From the NCBI GenBank assembly GCA_910584595.1, contig CAJUBQ010000011.1, positions 17,974 to 81,973 on the forward strand: 64,000 nt of DNA. Reading direction: 5' to 3'. Positions 44,464 to 54,359 of this stretch are shown piece by piece. The notes below the pieces were generated by a model, which searched no databases, had not been told where the DNA came from, and saw only the letters and a list, made by a program, of their open reading frames with translations. The stretch is from an uncultured Eubacterium sp. Its GTDB lineage: Bacteria; Bacillota; Clostridia; Lachnospirales; Lachnospiraceae. How positions within the stretch are numbered: the first letter of the stretch is position 1; every line of letters starts with the position of its first letter. The translations under genes were made by a program, and so were the position numbers.

Positions 44464-46635
44464 TTGCTATGTGAATTTGATAGGCTCATATATCCACAGA
44501 GTATTACGGCTGTTGATGCCAGCAGTTATATGATTGCACTCTACCATCCATGTGAAAAGATCAAAGATAGCACAGGGAACACGGTTACGCAGGTGAAAGC
44601 AGTGGGATATTGCTTACCTACATCAAGCAATCTGCGCTACGACATGCTTGGGCATTGGAGTAAAAATCCCAAATTTGGCGTCCAGTTTGAAGTGGAGAGT
44701 TACAACGAAGTGGTAATACCGACGAAGGAAGGCATCATTGCCTATCTTTCTTCCGGGCAGATTAAAGGGATTGGTCCCAAGATAGCGGAGAAAATTTACG
44801 CAGTTTTTGGCCAGCAGTCACTGGAGGTACTGGATAAAGAACCGGAAAGGCTTCTTGCCATACCAGGTATCAGTGAGATAAAACTGAAAAAAATCTATGA
44901 TTCTTATCTGGTTAATCGTGGCGCCCGGGATGTGGTGGCATTTCTGTCACCGCATGGCATTACGCCGAACCGAGCGGTACGCCTATACAAAGAGTATGGG
45001 GAAAAGACGATGGATATTGTAAAAAACCATCCCTACCAGCTCTGCGACATGGCCGGGATTGGCTTCAAGACGGCAGACCATATTGCTATGAGCATGGGGT
45101 TTGACCAGCTATCGACTGAGCGTGTGGATGAAGGACTCCTGTATACGCTGGCGGATGCGGAAGCTAAAGGGCATCTCTGTATGGAGAAACATGAGTTTGT
45201 GAAAGCTTGTCTAAAAATTCTGGATACGCCTGCACTGACTTCAGAAATGGTGGCGAATCGCGCCGCAAGGCTGGTTTTCAGCGGACAGTTGGTGTCGTAT
45301 CAGGGCAATGTGTATAGGGCAAAAACTGTACATGTGGAAGAACAACTTGCCTCCGCCATTCATCAGCAGATGAAGCACCGGAAGATGCACAGCTATGGGG
45401 ATTTGGATGCCGCCATAGATGCAGAGGAGCAGAAGCTGAAAATGAAGTTTGCACCGGAGCAGCGCGAAGCGGTAAAGATGGCTCTGACGCAGGGACTTTC
45501 CATTATCACTGGTGGACCTGGAACAGGAAAGACTTTGATACAACGTGCCATTTTAGATATTTATCAAAAAAACAATCCCAAAAGTGAAATCTGCTGTTGT
45601 GCTCCTACGGGTAGGGCAGCAAGGAGGATGGAGCAGGCAACCGGGGTTCCGGCTTCAACCGTTCATAAAGCCCTTGGGCTGATGGCGGATGAGGACGGAG
45701 ACTATGATGGACCCGAAGCGCTTACTGCAGATCTGATTGTGGTAGATGAGATTTCCATGCTGGATGTTTATCTGGCCGGATATCTGTTTGATGCAGTGAA
45801 ATATGGCGCACAGATGGTGCTGATTGGCGATGCAGATCAGCTACCCTCGGTGGGGCCCGGCGCAGTGCTCAGTGAGATGATTGCCAGCGGATGTATCCCA
45901 GTTGTGCGGTTGGACAAGGTATTTCGTCAGAATGCGGGAAGCCGCATCGCGACAAATGCGAAGCTGATCCGCCATGGGAATGTGGGTCTGGAGTATGGGG
46001 ACGACTTTCAGTTTATCAATTCTCCCAGACTCTCTGATTCTGCCAAACTCATTGTCGATCTCTATCTGCGGGAAACTGAGAAATATGGGGTCGATAACGT
46101 GGCGCTGCTTACGCCATACCGGCAAAAGACGGAAACCGGAGTCAATGCGCTGAATGAGCACTTGCGTGAGAAGGTGAACCCGCCGGATGCACAGAAACCG
46201 GAGGTTGTTTTCGGAAATCGAAAATTTCGGTGTGGGGATAAGGTCATGCAGATCAAAAACCATGATGATGTCAATAACGGCGATATCGGCTATATCAGAA
46301 AAATTATCCGCATTGGCGATGACACTACAGTTCATGTGGACTTTGGTGACGGGCGCATGAAAGAGTACGATTCCAGTGGATTGGATATGTTGGATTTAGG
46401 TTATGCCTCTACTATCCATAAATCGCAGGGATCGGAGTACCAGTCCGTCATCATCAATCTGCAGTGCGCCCATTCCATCATGCTGACAAGGCCTCTTATC
46501 TATACGGCAATTACACGAGGAAAAGAGCGTGTAACCATTGTCGGGGAAAAAAGGGCGCTTTGTATTTCAATCAAAAGAACTGACACAGAAAAACGCGGCA
46601 CCTGCCTCGCTAAGCGGCTGCAGGGGCTTGCTTGA
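44464..46635 (+). CDS. RecD2-like SF1B DNA helicase
   Basis: TTG start 8 nt after AAGGAG. HhH-like GIGPKIAEKI, Walker A GGPGTGKT, VVDEISM, and the C-terminal STIHKSQGSEYQSVII. Confidence 0.85.
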   Translation: MLCEFDRLIYPQSITAVDASSYMIALYHPCEKIKDSTGNTVTQVKAVGYCLPTSSNLRYDMLGHWSKNPKFGVQFEVESYNEVVIPTKEGIIAYLSSGQIKGIGPKIAEKIYAVFGQQSLEVLDKEPERLLAIPGISEIKLKKIYDSYLVNRGARDVVAFLSPHGITPNRAVRLYKEYGEKTMDIVKNHPYQLCDMAGIGFKTADHIAMSMGFDQLSTERVDEGLLYTLADAEAKGHLCMEKHEFVKACLKILDTPALTSEMVANRAARLVFSGQLVSYQGNVYRAKTVHVEEQLASAIHQQMKHRKMHSYGDLDAAIDAEEQKLKMKFAPEQREAVKMALTQGLSIITGGPGTGKTLIQRAILDIYQKNNPKSEICCCAPTGRAARRMEQATGVPASTVHKALGLMADEDGDYDGPEALTADLIVVDEISMLDVYLAGYLFDAVKYGAQMVLIGDADQLPSVGPGAVLSEMIASGCIPVVRLDKVFRQNAGSRIATNAKLIRHGNVGLEYGDDFQFINSPRLSDSAKLIVDLYLRETEKYGVDNVALLTPYRQKTETGVNALNEHLREKVNPPDAQKPEVVFGNRKFRCGDKVMQIKNHDDVNNGDIGYIRKIIRIGDDTTVHVDFGDGRMKEYDSSGLDMLDLGYASTIHKSQGSEYQSVIINLQCAHSIMLTRPLIYTAITRGKERVTIVGEKRALCISIKRTDTEKRGTCLAKRLQGLA

Positions 46636-46649
46636 AGAAAGGAGCAGCT

Positions 46650-47093
46650 ATGGCTACAATATTAGATCAATATCTTGAGAAACAGAATTCTATCAGGTCC
46701 CAGATTGCCGAGAACAGTCTTCCGCCGGAAGATTTGCTGATTATGCAGGAACTGAATTACCGCATTTGCGTCTTGGAAACATTTCAGTCTTTTTGTAAGT
46801 CCGCGCCAATCACAATGGATACAAAGGTCATGGGCTATCACTTTCAAATGGTAGATGCGTATGTACGTTTTACCTTAAATGAAAGACGATTCGGATTAAA
46901 AGCCGATGCAGAAGGCCAGAAGCGTCGTGAAACAGCACTCAGTTCTTTTGAGCGTGTTGTACAGGACGGCAGAAAGCGGTTTTCCAGCTTTAAGGCAGGG
47001 ACACAGGAGCAGTACAAAACAAGCATCAGTCAATATGTTCATACGATTCTGCCGGTTTGGATGCAGTATCGGAACACATATATCAATTTATAA
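46650..47093 (+). CDS. hypothetical protein
   Basis: ATG 46650 follows AAAGGAG. No family recognised. Confidence 0.45.
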   Translation: MATILDQYLEKQNSIRSQIAENSLPPEDLLIMQELNYRICVLETFQSFCKSAPITMDTKVMGYHFQMVDAYVRFTLNERRFGLKADAEGQKRRETALSSFERVVQDGRKRFSSFKAGTQEQYKTSISQYVHTILPVWMQYRNTYINL

Positions 47094-47106
47094 GGAGGCT
47101 ATAATA

Positions 47107-47865
47107 ATGAGTCAGAATAACTCGAATGAGAAGGCGGCAATGCTCGCCAAAATCGAAACTATTCATCAGGTGGATGGATTTGATCCTACGCCGTTTGCTG
47201 TGGATTATACAGATTTGGGAACCGGAGAGGTGCGTAAGCGCCTACCGGTCATGATTCAGATGGCGTGGTTCCGTCTGAAATATCCGGAAGGACGCATTGC
47301 GGTACAGGTGAATTCTGCAAAGGATTGCTTTGTGGCAACAGCCCGCGTGTATCCAAACTATAAGGATGCAGCAGACTGTTATCTGGCAGAAGCGACGGCA
47401 TCCAGAGGATATTGTGAGGAGAAACCTTCGGTTTCACCACGGGAATGGGCACAGACTGCTGCTGTTGGAATTGCTCTACGAAATGCAGGCTTTGGACTTC
47501 AGTTTTCTATGGCAGGTGAAGATTTTGAGCCTTCTGCTGTGGATGAGCTGGGAATCTCCGCCGCTCAACCTCAAACAGAATCAGCAGAAAAACACGAGGT
47601 GTCAGAACCAAAACCGGAACCGGCACAAGAGGAATACACTGTAAATGAACCGGTGCAAAAGGAACTGACTCCAGAAGAAAAGCTGGCACAGGCAATGAAT
47701 GTGCCTTGCCCAATCTCAAAATTCAGCGGGAAAACGCTTGGCGAGGTATTATCGCTGGATCCTGGTGCAATTAAATGGGTGGCAACGAAATTCACTGGCG
47801 GCGAGGAAATTAAAGCTGCCGCGAAGCTGATTTGTGAATTTTCCCTTCAACAGACAATTGCATAA
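47107..47865 (+). CDS. possible Rad52/Sak-like single-strand annealing protein
   Basis: ATG 47107 follows AAGGAGG. WAQTAAVGIALRNAGFGLQF resembles the conserved helix ending Rad52-like annealases. Weak, recalled only. Confidence 0.35.
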   Translation: MSQNNSNEKAAMLAKIETIHQVDGFDPTPFAVDYTDLGTGEVRKRLPVMIQMAWFRLKYPEGRIAVQVNSAKDCFVATARVYPNYKDAADCYLAEATASRGYCEEKPSVSPREWAQTAAVGIALRNAGFGLQFSMAGEDFEPSAVDELGISAAQPQTESAEKHEVSEPKPEPAQEEYTVNEPVQKELTPEEKLAQAMNVPCPISKFSGKTLGEVLSLDPGAIKWVATKFTGGEEIKAAAKLICEFSLQQTIA

Positions 47866-47936
47866 CAGGCGCTAAAGACCAGGGGATTCATGCAGTCATC
47901 CCCTAACCGGGAACAAGACGAAAAGGAGGACAAAAA

Positions 47937-48314
47937 ATGTGTAAAAAAACAAAAAAGCTTCGTTTCAAATGGGAGTTTGGAGATGAAATGGTCTCGCTGC
48001 ATGTCAATCAATATGCTTATGGCGGGCGGCTGCACATCGGTATGATCAATTACGGAGAAGATGGTCCGGAACCCTTTGCAGATATGACGGTCAACCTACC
48101 GGCCTATGATCTGGAGGATAACGAAGCATTTATTAACGGAGATATCAGCAAAGACCTGTTAAGGTTTATCAGGGAGAACAAGCTGGGAAAGGTGATGCCA
48201 TATACCGTGAAATCTGGATACGGCAGATATGCGGCGGTGGCATTTGATCTGGAAAAGCTGGCGGAATACGATCCTACAGGGGTTGCGTCATTTAAGGAAA
48301 ACTGTGGGTTATAA
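47937..48314 (+). CDS. DUF4313-like protein
   Basis: LHVNQYAYGGRLHIGMINYGEDGPEPFADMTVNL... fits the DUF4313 pattern of Firmicute ICEs (recalled). Confidence 0.5.
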   Translation: MCKKTKKLRFKWEFGDEMVSLHVNQYAYGGRLHIGMINYGEDGPEPFADMTVNLPAYDLEDNEAFINGDISKDLLRFIRENKLGKVMPYTVKSGYGRYAAVAFDLEKLAEYDPTGVASFKENCGL

Positions 48315-48387
48315 GGAAAACAGCAATGAGAAGAAGCGGGGGACAGCGTGCTGTTCCCCGCAAATTTGAAAAAGGAAAGGAGGCAGC

Positions 48388-49446
48388 ATGGAAATATTTC
48401 ATATGAGCGATGTTGTTTCGTTGCTGGGAATCCCGATGCCGCCGTCTGGAAGAAGCTCCTATTATGTGCAGTGTCCCTGCTGTGACGAAAACCCACGGAA
48501 AAAGCATTTGAACATCAATTTGAAAAAAGAAGTGTATCGCTGTCCGCGGTGCGGAATATATGGTGGTATATTTGATCTGTATTCCTTATATACCGGAGTT
48601 CCGCGTGACAAAGTGCGAAAAGCTCTGGTTGAGAAACTGGGAATGCCTGATCACCGGCCTAAACCCCAAAAGAGGATACAGCCGCAGGCAAAGCCTGAAT
48701 GCCCAATAACGGATGTTGATACCCGTCATGCCACATACAGTGCGCTACTTGATAAGCTGACGCTGGCGGCAGACCATAAAGAGAACCTGCTTGGCAGAGG
48801 GCTGACGGAGGATGATATTATTCGGCTTGGATATAGAACAACACCTGTGGTCGGTATGACAGCGATTGCCGATAAACTTCAATCTGAAGGGATGTACTTA
48901 GCTGGGGTTCCTGGTTTTTATAGGAATGAAAGCGGTACATGGACTTTTATTCATGAAGAGCGCGGTATCTTAATTCCAATGAGGGATCGGCAAGGAAGGA
49001 TTCAGGGACTTCAGATACGCAGAGATAAAGTGAAAAAGAGAAAATTTCGCTGGGTATCCAGTACGGAGCGACCGGATGGTTGCCCTGCAGAAGGGTGGAC
49101 ACATCTTGCAGGCCCGGTTAGGCCTATGCTGGTGCTGACAGAAGGTCCTATGAAAGCTGACGTGATTCATGCACTGACTGGTCTGACAGTGCTGGCGGTT
49201 CCTGGTGTTAATTCTCTGACACAGCTTGAAACAACCCTTAGCGATTTACGTGCAGAAGGGGTTGCAGAGATTAAGACTGCTTTTGATATGGATTTTGCGA
49301 CCAACTACCATGTACAAAACGGTTACAACAATCTTCTCAGTCTTCTTGGCAATATGGGATTTCAGTTCGGTACTTACCTGTGGGATCCACGCTATAAGGG
49401 ACTGGATGATTATATCTGGGAATATTGTTTTCAAAAGAGGCATTAA
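48388..49446 (+). CDS. primase-like protein (zinc-binding N-terminus + Toprim-like domain)
   Basis: CPCCDENPRKKHLNINLKKEVYRCPRCG, then LVLTEGPMKADV and AFDMD acidic motifs. Confidence 0.65.
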   Translation: MEIFHMSDVVSLLGIPMPPSGRSSYYVQCPCCDENPRKKHLNINLKKEVYRCPRCGIYGGIFDLYSLYTGVPRDKVRKALVEKLGMPDHRPKPQKRIQPQAKPECPITDVDTRHATYSALLDKLTLAADHKENLLGRGLTEDDIIRLGYRTTPVVGMTAIADKLQSEGMYLAGVPGFYRNESGTWTFIHEERGILIPMRDRQGRIQGLQIRRDKVKKRKFRWVSSTERPDGCPAEGWTHLAGPVRPMLVLTEGPMKADVIHALTGLTVLAVPGVNSLTQLETTLSDLRAEGVAEIKTAFDMDFATNYHVQNGYNNLLSLLGNMGFQFGTYLWDPRYKGLDDYIWEYCFQKRH

Positions 49447-49451
49447 AACTG

Positions 49452-49482
49452 GGGTGGAGCAAAAATGCTTCACCCTTTTTTC
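49452..49482 (+). terminator. Rho-independent terminator
   Basis: GGGTGGAGCA / TGCTTCACCC (one G.U) followed by TTTTTT. Confidence 0.6.
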
Positions 49483-49579
49483 GCGCGTTTTTTGAATCGA
49501 ATGCGTATAAAAGTTGTAAATGCGCATGGCGAATCGTGTAATGATAAATATAAGAATAATTTTTGCAGGAGGTATACAT

Positions 49580-50500
49580 ATGTTAATCGCAATCGACCAC
49601 GGCAACTACGCCATTAAGACTACAAACCATTCTTTCATTTCCGGGCTTTCTGAGCACACGGTTAAGCCGCCCATGACAGATGAGATTTTGGAGTATGGAG
49701 GAAAATACTGGACTTTGAGTGGACGCCGTCTGAGTTATATGAGGGACAAAACCCAGGATGACCGTTATTTCATCCTGACATTATTTGCAATCGCCAAAGA
49801 GCTGGAGAATGGAGGCAATTATACGCCGGTCGAACAGGTTCAGCTGGCTGTTGGACTACCACCTGAGCATTTTGGTGCTTTAAAAGACAGATTCGCCAAT
49901 TATTTCAAAAGAGACGGAATTATCAAATTTGTTTATGGTGACAGGCCATACAGCATTAAGATAGACCGTGTTATGGTGTTCCCGCAGGCATATGCCGCTG
50001 TTATTCCCCAGAGCAGTCTGGTGGTTCATACGGTTCGTATGTTTATCGTTGATATTGGTGGTTATACCACCGATGTGCTGCTCTTGAAGAATGGAAAACC
50101 AGATTTGCAGTTTTGCCGGAGCCTGGAAACTGGTATTATTACTATGAACAATGAAATCATACGAAAGGTTGGTGCGCTTCATGATATGCGTATCGAAGAT
50201 GAGCATATTAGTGCAGTGCTTCAGTGCGAGAATACCATTCTGCCGGAGGATGTCAAGGAGACAATTCGTGAAGCGACGAAGTTACATGCACAGGATATTC
50301 TGAACCAGCTTAGAGAATTGCAAGTGGATTTGCGTTCTAATCCGGCAGTTTTTATCGGAGGGGGAAGTATACTTTTAAGGCCTTTCCTGATAAATTCGCC
50401 TCTGGTAGCAAAGGCGGATTTTGTGGAATCTCCGAATGCGAATGCGCTGGGATATGAAATGTTGGGCAGGAAAACGCTTTCTCTTCGTCCACTTGGATAA
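49580..50500 (+). CDS. parM: ParM/StbA-family actin-like segregation ATPase
   Basis: ATG 49580 follows AGGAGG. MLIAIDHGNYAIKT, VDIGGYTTDV and FIGGGS are actin-fold phosphate/adenosine motifs. Confidence 0.7.
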   Translation: MLIAIDHGNYAIKTTNHSFISGLSEHTVKPPMTDEILEYGGKYWTLSGRRLSYMRDKTQDDRYFILTLFAIAKELENGGNYTPVEQVQLAVGLPPEHFGALKDRFANYFKRDGIIKFVYGDRPYSIKIDRVMVFPQAYAAVIPQSSLVVHTVRMFIVDIGGYTTDVLLLKNGKPDLQFCRSLETGIITMNNEIIRKVGALHDMRIEDEHISAVLQCENTILPEDVKETIREATKLHAQDILNQLRELQVDLRSNPAVFIGGGSILLRPFLINSPLVAKADFVESPNANALGYEMLGRKTLSLRPLG

Positions 50501-50519
50501 GGGACGGAGGGACAATATA

Positions 50520-50882
50520 ATGAAAAAGGATGGAAAATACCGCTTCTCGCTTCAATTTAGCGCAGATTCAGAGGAACAGGTAAGGGCTGGAGAGTTGCTC
50601 GAAAGGCTGGGAAACAGGAAAAGTGCGGTTGTTGTTGCAGCCTTGAATGATTATCTTGATTCTAACCCGAATTTACAGGATGCACATTGTAAAATAGAAG
50701 TCAAGCTAACACCTGGCTATAATCGAGATGGAATTGAGGAAATCATACGGCGCATTGTTGAGGAAAGACTTGCAGCGGTTCGCCGTGACGAACCCCAGAT
50801 GGCTTTTTCAGAGGAGAGTAAGACAGATACTCTGGAGGCAGACATTGCACAGATGTTGGACAACCTGGATATGTTTTCATAG
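50520..50882 (+). CDS. ParR-like / ribbon-helix-helix adaptor (by position)
   Basis: ATG 50520 follows GGACGGAGG. KYRFSLQFSADSEEQVRAGELLERLGNRKSAVVVAALNDY resembles an RHH fold. It lies directly downstream of parM. Confidence 0.45.
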   Translation: MKKDGKYRFSLQFSADSEEQVRAGELLERLGNRKSAVVVAALNDYLDSNPNLQDAHCKIEVKLTPGYNRDGIEEIIRRIVEERLAAVRRDEPQMAFSEESKTDTLEADIAQMLDNLDMFS

Positions 50883-50955
50883 ACCGACAGTGCATTTAAT
50901 AGGTTCAACAATGGCTTTTTAACGCTTGAAAATTAAAAAAGTCCATGTAAATGAG

Positions 50956-50993
50956 TTGATATTCCACTTATAGTGCGTATATTGGAATATCAA
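50956..50993 (+). promoter_or_regulatory. 11-bp perfect inverted repeat upstream of the XRE gene (candidate operator)
   Basis: TTGATATTCCA-N16-TGGAATATCAA, about 60 nt before the ATG at 51052. Confidence 0.45.
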
Positions 50994-51051
50994 GTTCTTC
51001 AATTCCATTGTCAGATTATATAAAATAGAAATGTAAGGAGAATGTAAAACC

Positions 51052-51396
51052 ATGGACTATGTTATTTTAGGCAAGAATATTCGGAAGTACCGACAAATGC
51101 GCGGAATGCGCCAGGAAGATTTGGCGGAGATCTGTGATTGCGGGAATAGCCATATCGGCCAAATAGAAAATGCGAGAGGGATTCCAAGTCTGGATATGAT
51201 TGTACGGATTGCAAATGCTCTTTCAGTAACAGTAGATCAATTGCTCAAAGAGTATTATTCAGAACCTGAGAAGGTCTATTTGCGAGAGATTGCGGAACGT
51301 ATTGAGAAGTATCCGGTAAAGCAGCGTGTATACGCTTGCGAAGGTCTGGCTGAATTTTTGAATACCATTGAAAAATTCAGTCAAACAGATGAATAA
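51052..51396 (+). CDS. XRE-family HTH regulator
   Basis: LGKNIRKYRQMRGMRQEDLAEICDCGNSHIGQIENARGIPSLDMIVRIANAL. Confidence 0.8.
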   Translation: MDYVILGKNIRKYRQMRGMRQEDLAEICDCGNSHIGQIENARGIPSLDMIVRIANALSVTVDQLLKEYYSEPEKVYLREIAERIEKYPVKQRVYACEGLAEFLNTIEKFSQTDE

Positions 51397-51619
51397 TGCG
51401 CATATAACCAAACAGAAAAAAGTTTACGCTTTATAGAACGGCTATGCTACACGAAAGTGCAGTATGGTCGTTTTTTGTTATCTGAATACAAGGAGGTGGT
51501 CCCATTGGATTAAACCATTGACAGCTGCAAAAAGGTAACAAGTCGAGAAAATTAAGGCACGCCATCACGGCGTGCCTTGACTTTTGCCCTGGTGGTGTGC
51601 CCCGTAAGGAGGTACAAAG

Positions 51620-52030
51620 ATGAACCACCAGCAGAAGTCTGAACGTGACGAGCTGCGAGCCAGATTTACAGTTTGGCTGGAAACTACAGTTTACCGTGCC
51701 AGACTCAAATATTTGGAACGGGAGAAACCCAAGGTAGATACAGTTTCAATTGAGGAATTACCAGAGAGCGCTTTATCTGTTCTTGAACAAACCTCACATT
51801 GTGGAATATCAGGATCTGCTTTTGATTTTGAAGAGGAACGGTTGGCAGAGGCGTTTGCAAAACTGCCAATAAAACGGCAGGAGATACTGACAATGCTGTT
51901 TGTGGAGGAGCGAAAACCGGAGGAAATTGCCCGGCTATTAAATTGTTCTCCGCAGCATGTTTACGACCAGCGTTATCAGGCATTGAAGAAGCTGCGCATA
52001 GCATTGACAAAGGACGGTGATAAATTTTGA
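51620..52030 (+). CDS. sigma-70 family (ECF-like, region 4) sigma factor, Tn916 orf7-like position
   Basis: LPIKRQEILTMLFVEERKPEEIARLLNCSPQHVYDQRYQALKKLR is a region-4 HTH. RBS AAGGAGG upstream. Confidence 0.7.
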   Translation: MNHQQKSERDELRARFTVWLETTVYRARLKYLEREKPKVDTVSIEELPESALSVLEQTSHCGISGSAFDFEEERLAEAFAKLPIKRQEILTMLFVEERKPEEIARLLNCSPQHVYDQRYQALKKLRIALTKDGDKF

Positions 52031-52218
52031 ATCGCATAGAATTTGAAAAGATGCTTCAGGCGGCAGTTTCCGGCAGTCATGAGGCTCTGGAGCAACTATT
52101 TTTGCTGTATGCACCGTTAATTGATAAACATAGTAAAATTGACGGTCAGATAGATGAAGATTTAAGACAGTATCTATTGATACATATCGCGCTCAATATT
52201 TCAAAATTTGTCATTTAG
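52027..52218 (+). CDS. small helix-turn-helix/sigma-region-2-like protein, Tn916 orf8-like position
   Basis: TTG start overlaps the sigma gene's stop. AVSGSHEALEQLFLLYAPLIDKHS resembles sigma region 2. Confidence 0.45.
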   Translation: MNRIEFEKMLQAAVSGSHEALEQLFLLYAPLIDKHSKIDGQIDEDLRQYLLIHIALNISKFVI

Positions 52219-52224
52219 GCGAAG

Positions 52225-52260
52225 ACGGTCTCAGGTTTTTCTGAGGCCGTTTTCATGTTT
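52225..52260 (+). terminator. Rho-independent terminator
   Basis: ACGGTCTCAG / CTGAGGCCGT (one G.U) followed by TTTTCATGTTTTT. Confidence 0.6.
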
Positions 52261-52596
52261 TTATAAATTCTGTTCGAGATTTGAGAGATGATGAGGCTTT
52301 TTATAGGTAAAGGCATCCCCATGCCATGGCACCTTGACAACTTCATAGCTTCCAACTCTACGTTCCCGAACCGAGAAGCGGCTATCCGTTTGTGTGGCGA
52401 GCAAAACCATGAGCACTGATATACGGGCGGCACCCGTATAACGCAATGATCCGGCCGGGGATAATGATACTTCCGTAATTCGCGGCCCGGCCATAAGGCA
52501 GGCGGGGAGATGAGATATCTATGGATCTGCAGCCACAGACGGAGAAGGAGGCGGTTATTTTGAAATAAATTATTTTTTATAGTAAGGAGGCTGATT

Positions 52597-52806
52597 ATGG
52601 GCTACAAAAGGAAAGATGTAGAGCAGACGAAGCAGTATGCAAAAAAGTTTGTGCGCTACAAAGAAGGAGCGGAGAAATACAGCCTTGGACTGACAAAGTT
52701 TCAGGAACTCGCAAAGGAGGCAAAGGCTGTCTATAAGATTGATGGTATTGCTTTAGTTAATTGCGAAATTTTTGAAAAGTTTTTGGAGTCATTCCGAGAA
52801 TTTTGA
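52597..52806 (+). CDS. small DNA-binding protein, excisionase-like by position
   Basis: RBS AAGGAGG upstream. 69 aa, basic, located upstream of the integrase as in Tn916-type modules. Confidence 0.4.
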   Translation: MGYKRKDVEQTKQYAKKFVRYKEGAEKYSLGLTKFQELAKEAKAVYKIDGIALVNCEIFEKFLESFREF

Positions 52807-52861
52807 AGTGGGTGGTGCTTTATGGCTTTTTTACATAAAGGGACTTTATGTGCTTTAGGGC

Positions 52862-52890
52862 TTGACTTTCTGTCTTACAATAAGTATAAT
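52862..52890 (+). promoter_or_regulatory. consensus-like promoter
   Basis: TTGACT, a 17-nt spacer, then TATAAT. Confidence 0.55.
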
Positions 52891-52913
52891 AAAATACATG
52901 TGGAGGTAGCGGT

Positions 52914-53084
52914 ATGACGAAAATGGGTAGACCGAAGGTGGACAACGCAAAGCGTAAATCCATTACGGTTCGGTTATCAGACAAAACCTATGATGAGTTG
53001 ACCAGGTATGCTGCTGAACACAAGATGACAAAGACAGAGGTTGCCCTGCGAAGTTTGGAAGAGTATTTGTCCAAGCAAAAATAA
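52914..53084 (+). CDS. ribbon-helix-helix (CopG/Arc-like) protein, 56 aa (below the track cutoff)
   Basis: GGAGG lies 7 nt upstream. KRKSITVRLSDKTYDELTRYAAEHKMTKTEVALRSLEEYL has a beta-strand + two-helix RHH pattern. Confidence 0.5.
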   Translation: MTKMGRPKVDNAKRKSITVRLSDKTYDELTRYAAEHKMTKTEVALRSLEEYLSKQK

Positions 53085-53126
53085 GTGCTGTGAGTCCCTT
53101 CTTCATTATTGAAGGAGGTAACAGAC

Positions 53127-54359
53127 ATGGCAAAGACACGGAAAGATGAGCGGGGAAGAGCACTCAGGAAAGGAGAAGTACAGAGGGCATCAGACAAGCG
53201 GTATATGTACACCTATACGGATCCATTGGGCAGGCGTAGGTCCATATACGCGCAGGATTTGGCAACGCTTCGAGAAAAAGAAAAGCAGCTGATGAAGGAT
53301 CAATTGGATGGTTTGGATCTGTATGTTGCAGGTAAGGCCACCATAAATGATACCTATGATCGGTATATCTCTACGAAGTATGATTTGCGGGCGACTACAC
53401 GCAGCAATTACGATTACATGTATAATCGCTTTGTCAGACATACTTTCGGTAAGAAGAAAATCGCAGACATTAAGTATTCGGACGTACTCCAGTTTTACTG
53501 CTACTTGCTTAAAAAGGAAAAGTTATCGTTAGGGACGCTGGACTCAGTTCATACCCTGCTTCATCCGACATTCCAATTGGCGGTTCGAGATGAAATCATT
53601 CGGAAAAATCCGTCAGACGGAGTTATGAAGGAAGTCAGCAAGAAGGCAGATAAGACAAGAGGCGTGAGACATGCTTTAACGAGAGAGCAGCAAAGAGCAT
53701 TTATGGAGTATATTTCCAATCACCCAGTGTATTATCATTGGTGGCCGTTATTTACGGTTTTGCTTGGAACTGGCTGCCGAATTGGAGAAGCACTGGGACT
53801 TCGATGGGATGATCTTGATTTTGATAATCGGATTCTGAGTATTAATCACAGTCTGGTTTATTACCCAGTTGGAGAATCGAGAAAGTCTGTTCTGCGGATA
53901 TCAAAGCCGAAAACGGAGGCCGGTATCAGAACGATCCCTATGCTTGATATTGTACGTGATGCTTTTCACATGGAGCACGAGGAGCAGGAAGAAACAGGAT
54001 TCAACGAGACCGAGATTGATGGAATGACTGGTTTTGTATTTGTCAATCGTTTTGGCTCAGTTTTAAATCCGCAGGCTGTGAATCGTACTATCAAGCGAAT
54101 TATCAGTGGGTATAATGCGGAAGAGGTTATCAATGCTAAGCGTGAGCGGCGAGAGCCGATTATTCTTCCAGATTTCTCCTGTCATCACTTGAGGCATACC
54201 TTTTGTACAAGACTCTGTGAGCATGAAACAAATTTAAAAGTGATTCAGGCAATTATGGGCCATCGGAATATCGAAACGACGATGGATATCTATGCCGAGG
54301 CCACTGATCAAAAGAAGCAAGAATCTTTTGAAAACTTATCAAAATTGGACATCTTTTAG
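53127..54359 (+). CDS. int: tyrosine site-specific integrase
   Basis: ATG 53127 follows GAAGGAGG. Arm-binding-like N-terminus. Catalytic region with TGCRIGEAL, HHLRHTFCT and GHRNIETTMDIYAE. Confidence 0.9.
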   Translation: MAKTRKDERGRALRKGEVQRASDKRYMYTYTDPLGRRRSIYAQDLATLREKEKQLMKDQLDGLDLYVAGKATINDTYDRYISTKYDLRATTRSNYDYMYNRFVRHTFGKKKIADIKYSDVLQFYCYLLKKEKLSLGTLDSVHTLLHPTFQLAVRDEIIRKNPSDGVMKEVSKKADKTRGVRHALTREQQRAFMEYISNHPVYYHWWPLFTVLLGTGCRIGEALGLRWDDLDFDNRILSINHSLVYYPVGESRKSVLRISKPKTEAGIRTIPMLDIVRDAFHMEHEEQEETGFNETEIDGMTGFVFVNRFGSVLNPQAVNRTIKRIISGYNAEEVINAKRERREPIILPDFSCHHLRHTFCTRLCEHETNLKVIQAIMGHRNIETTMDIYAEATDQKKQESFENLSKLDIF

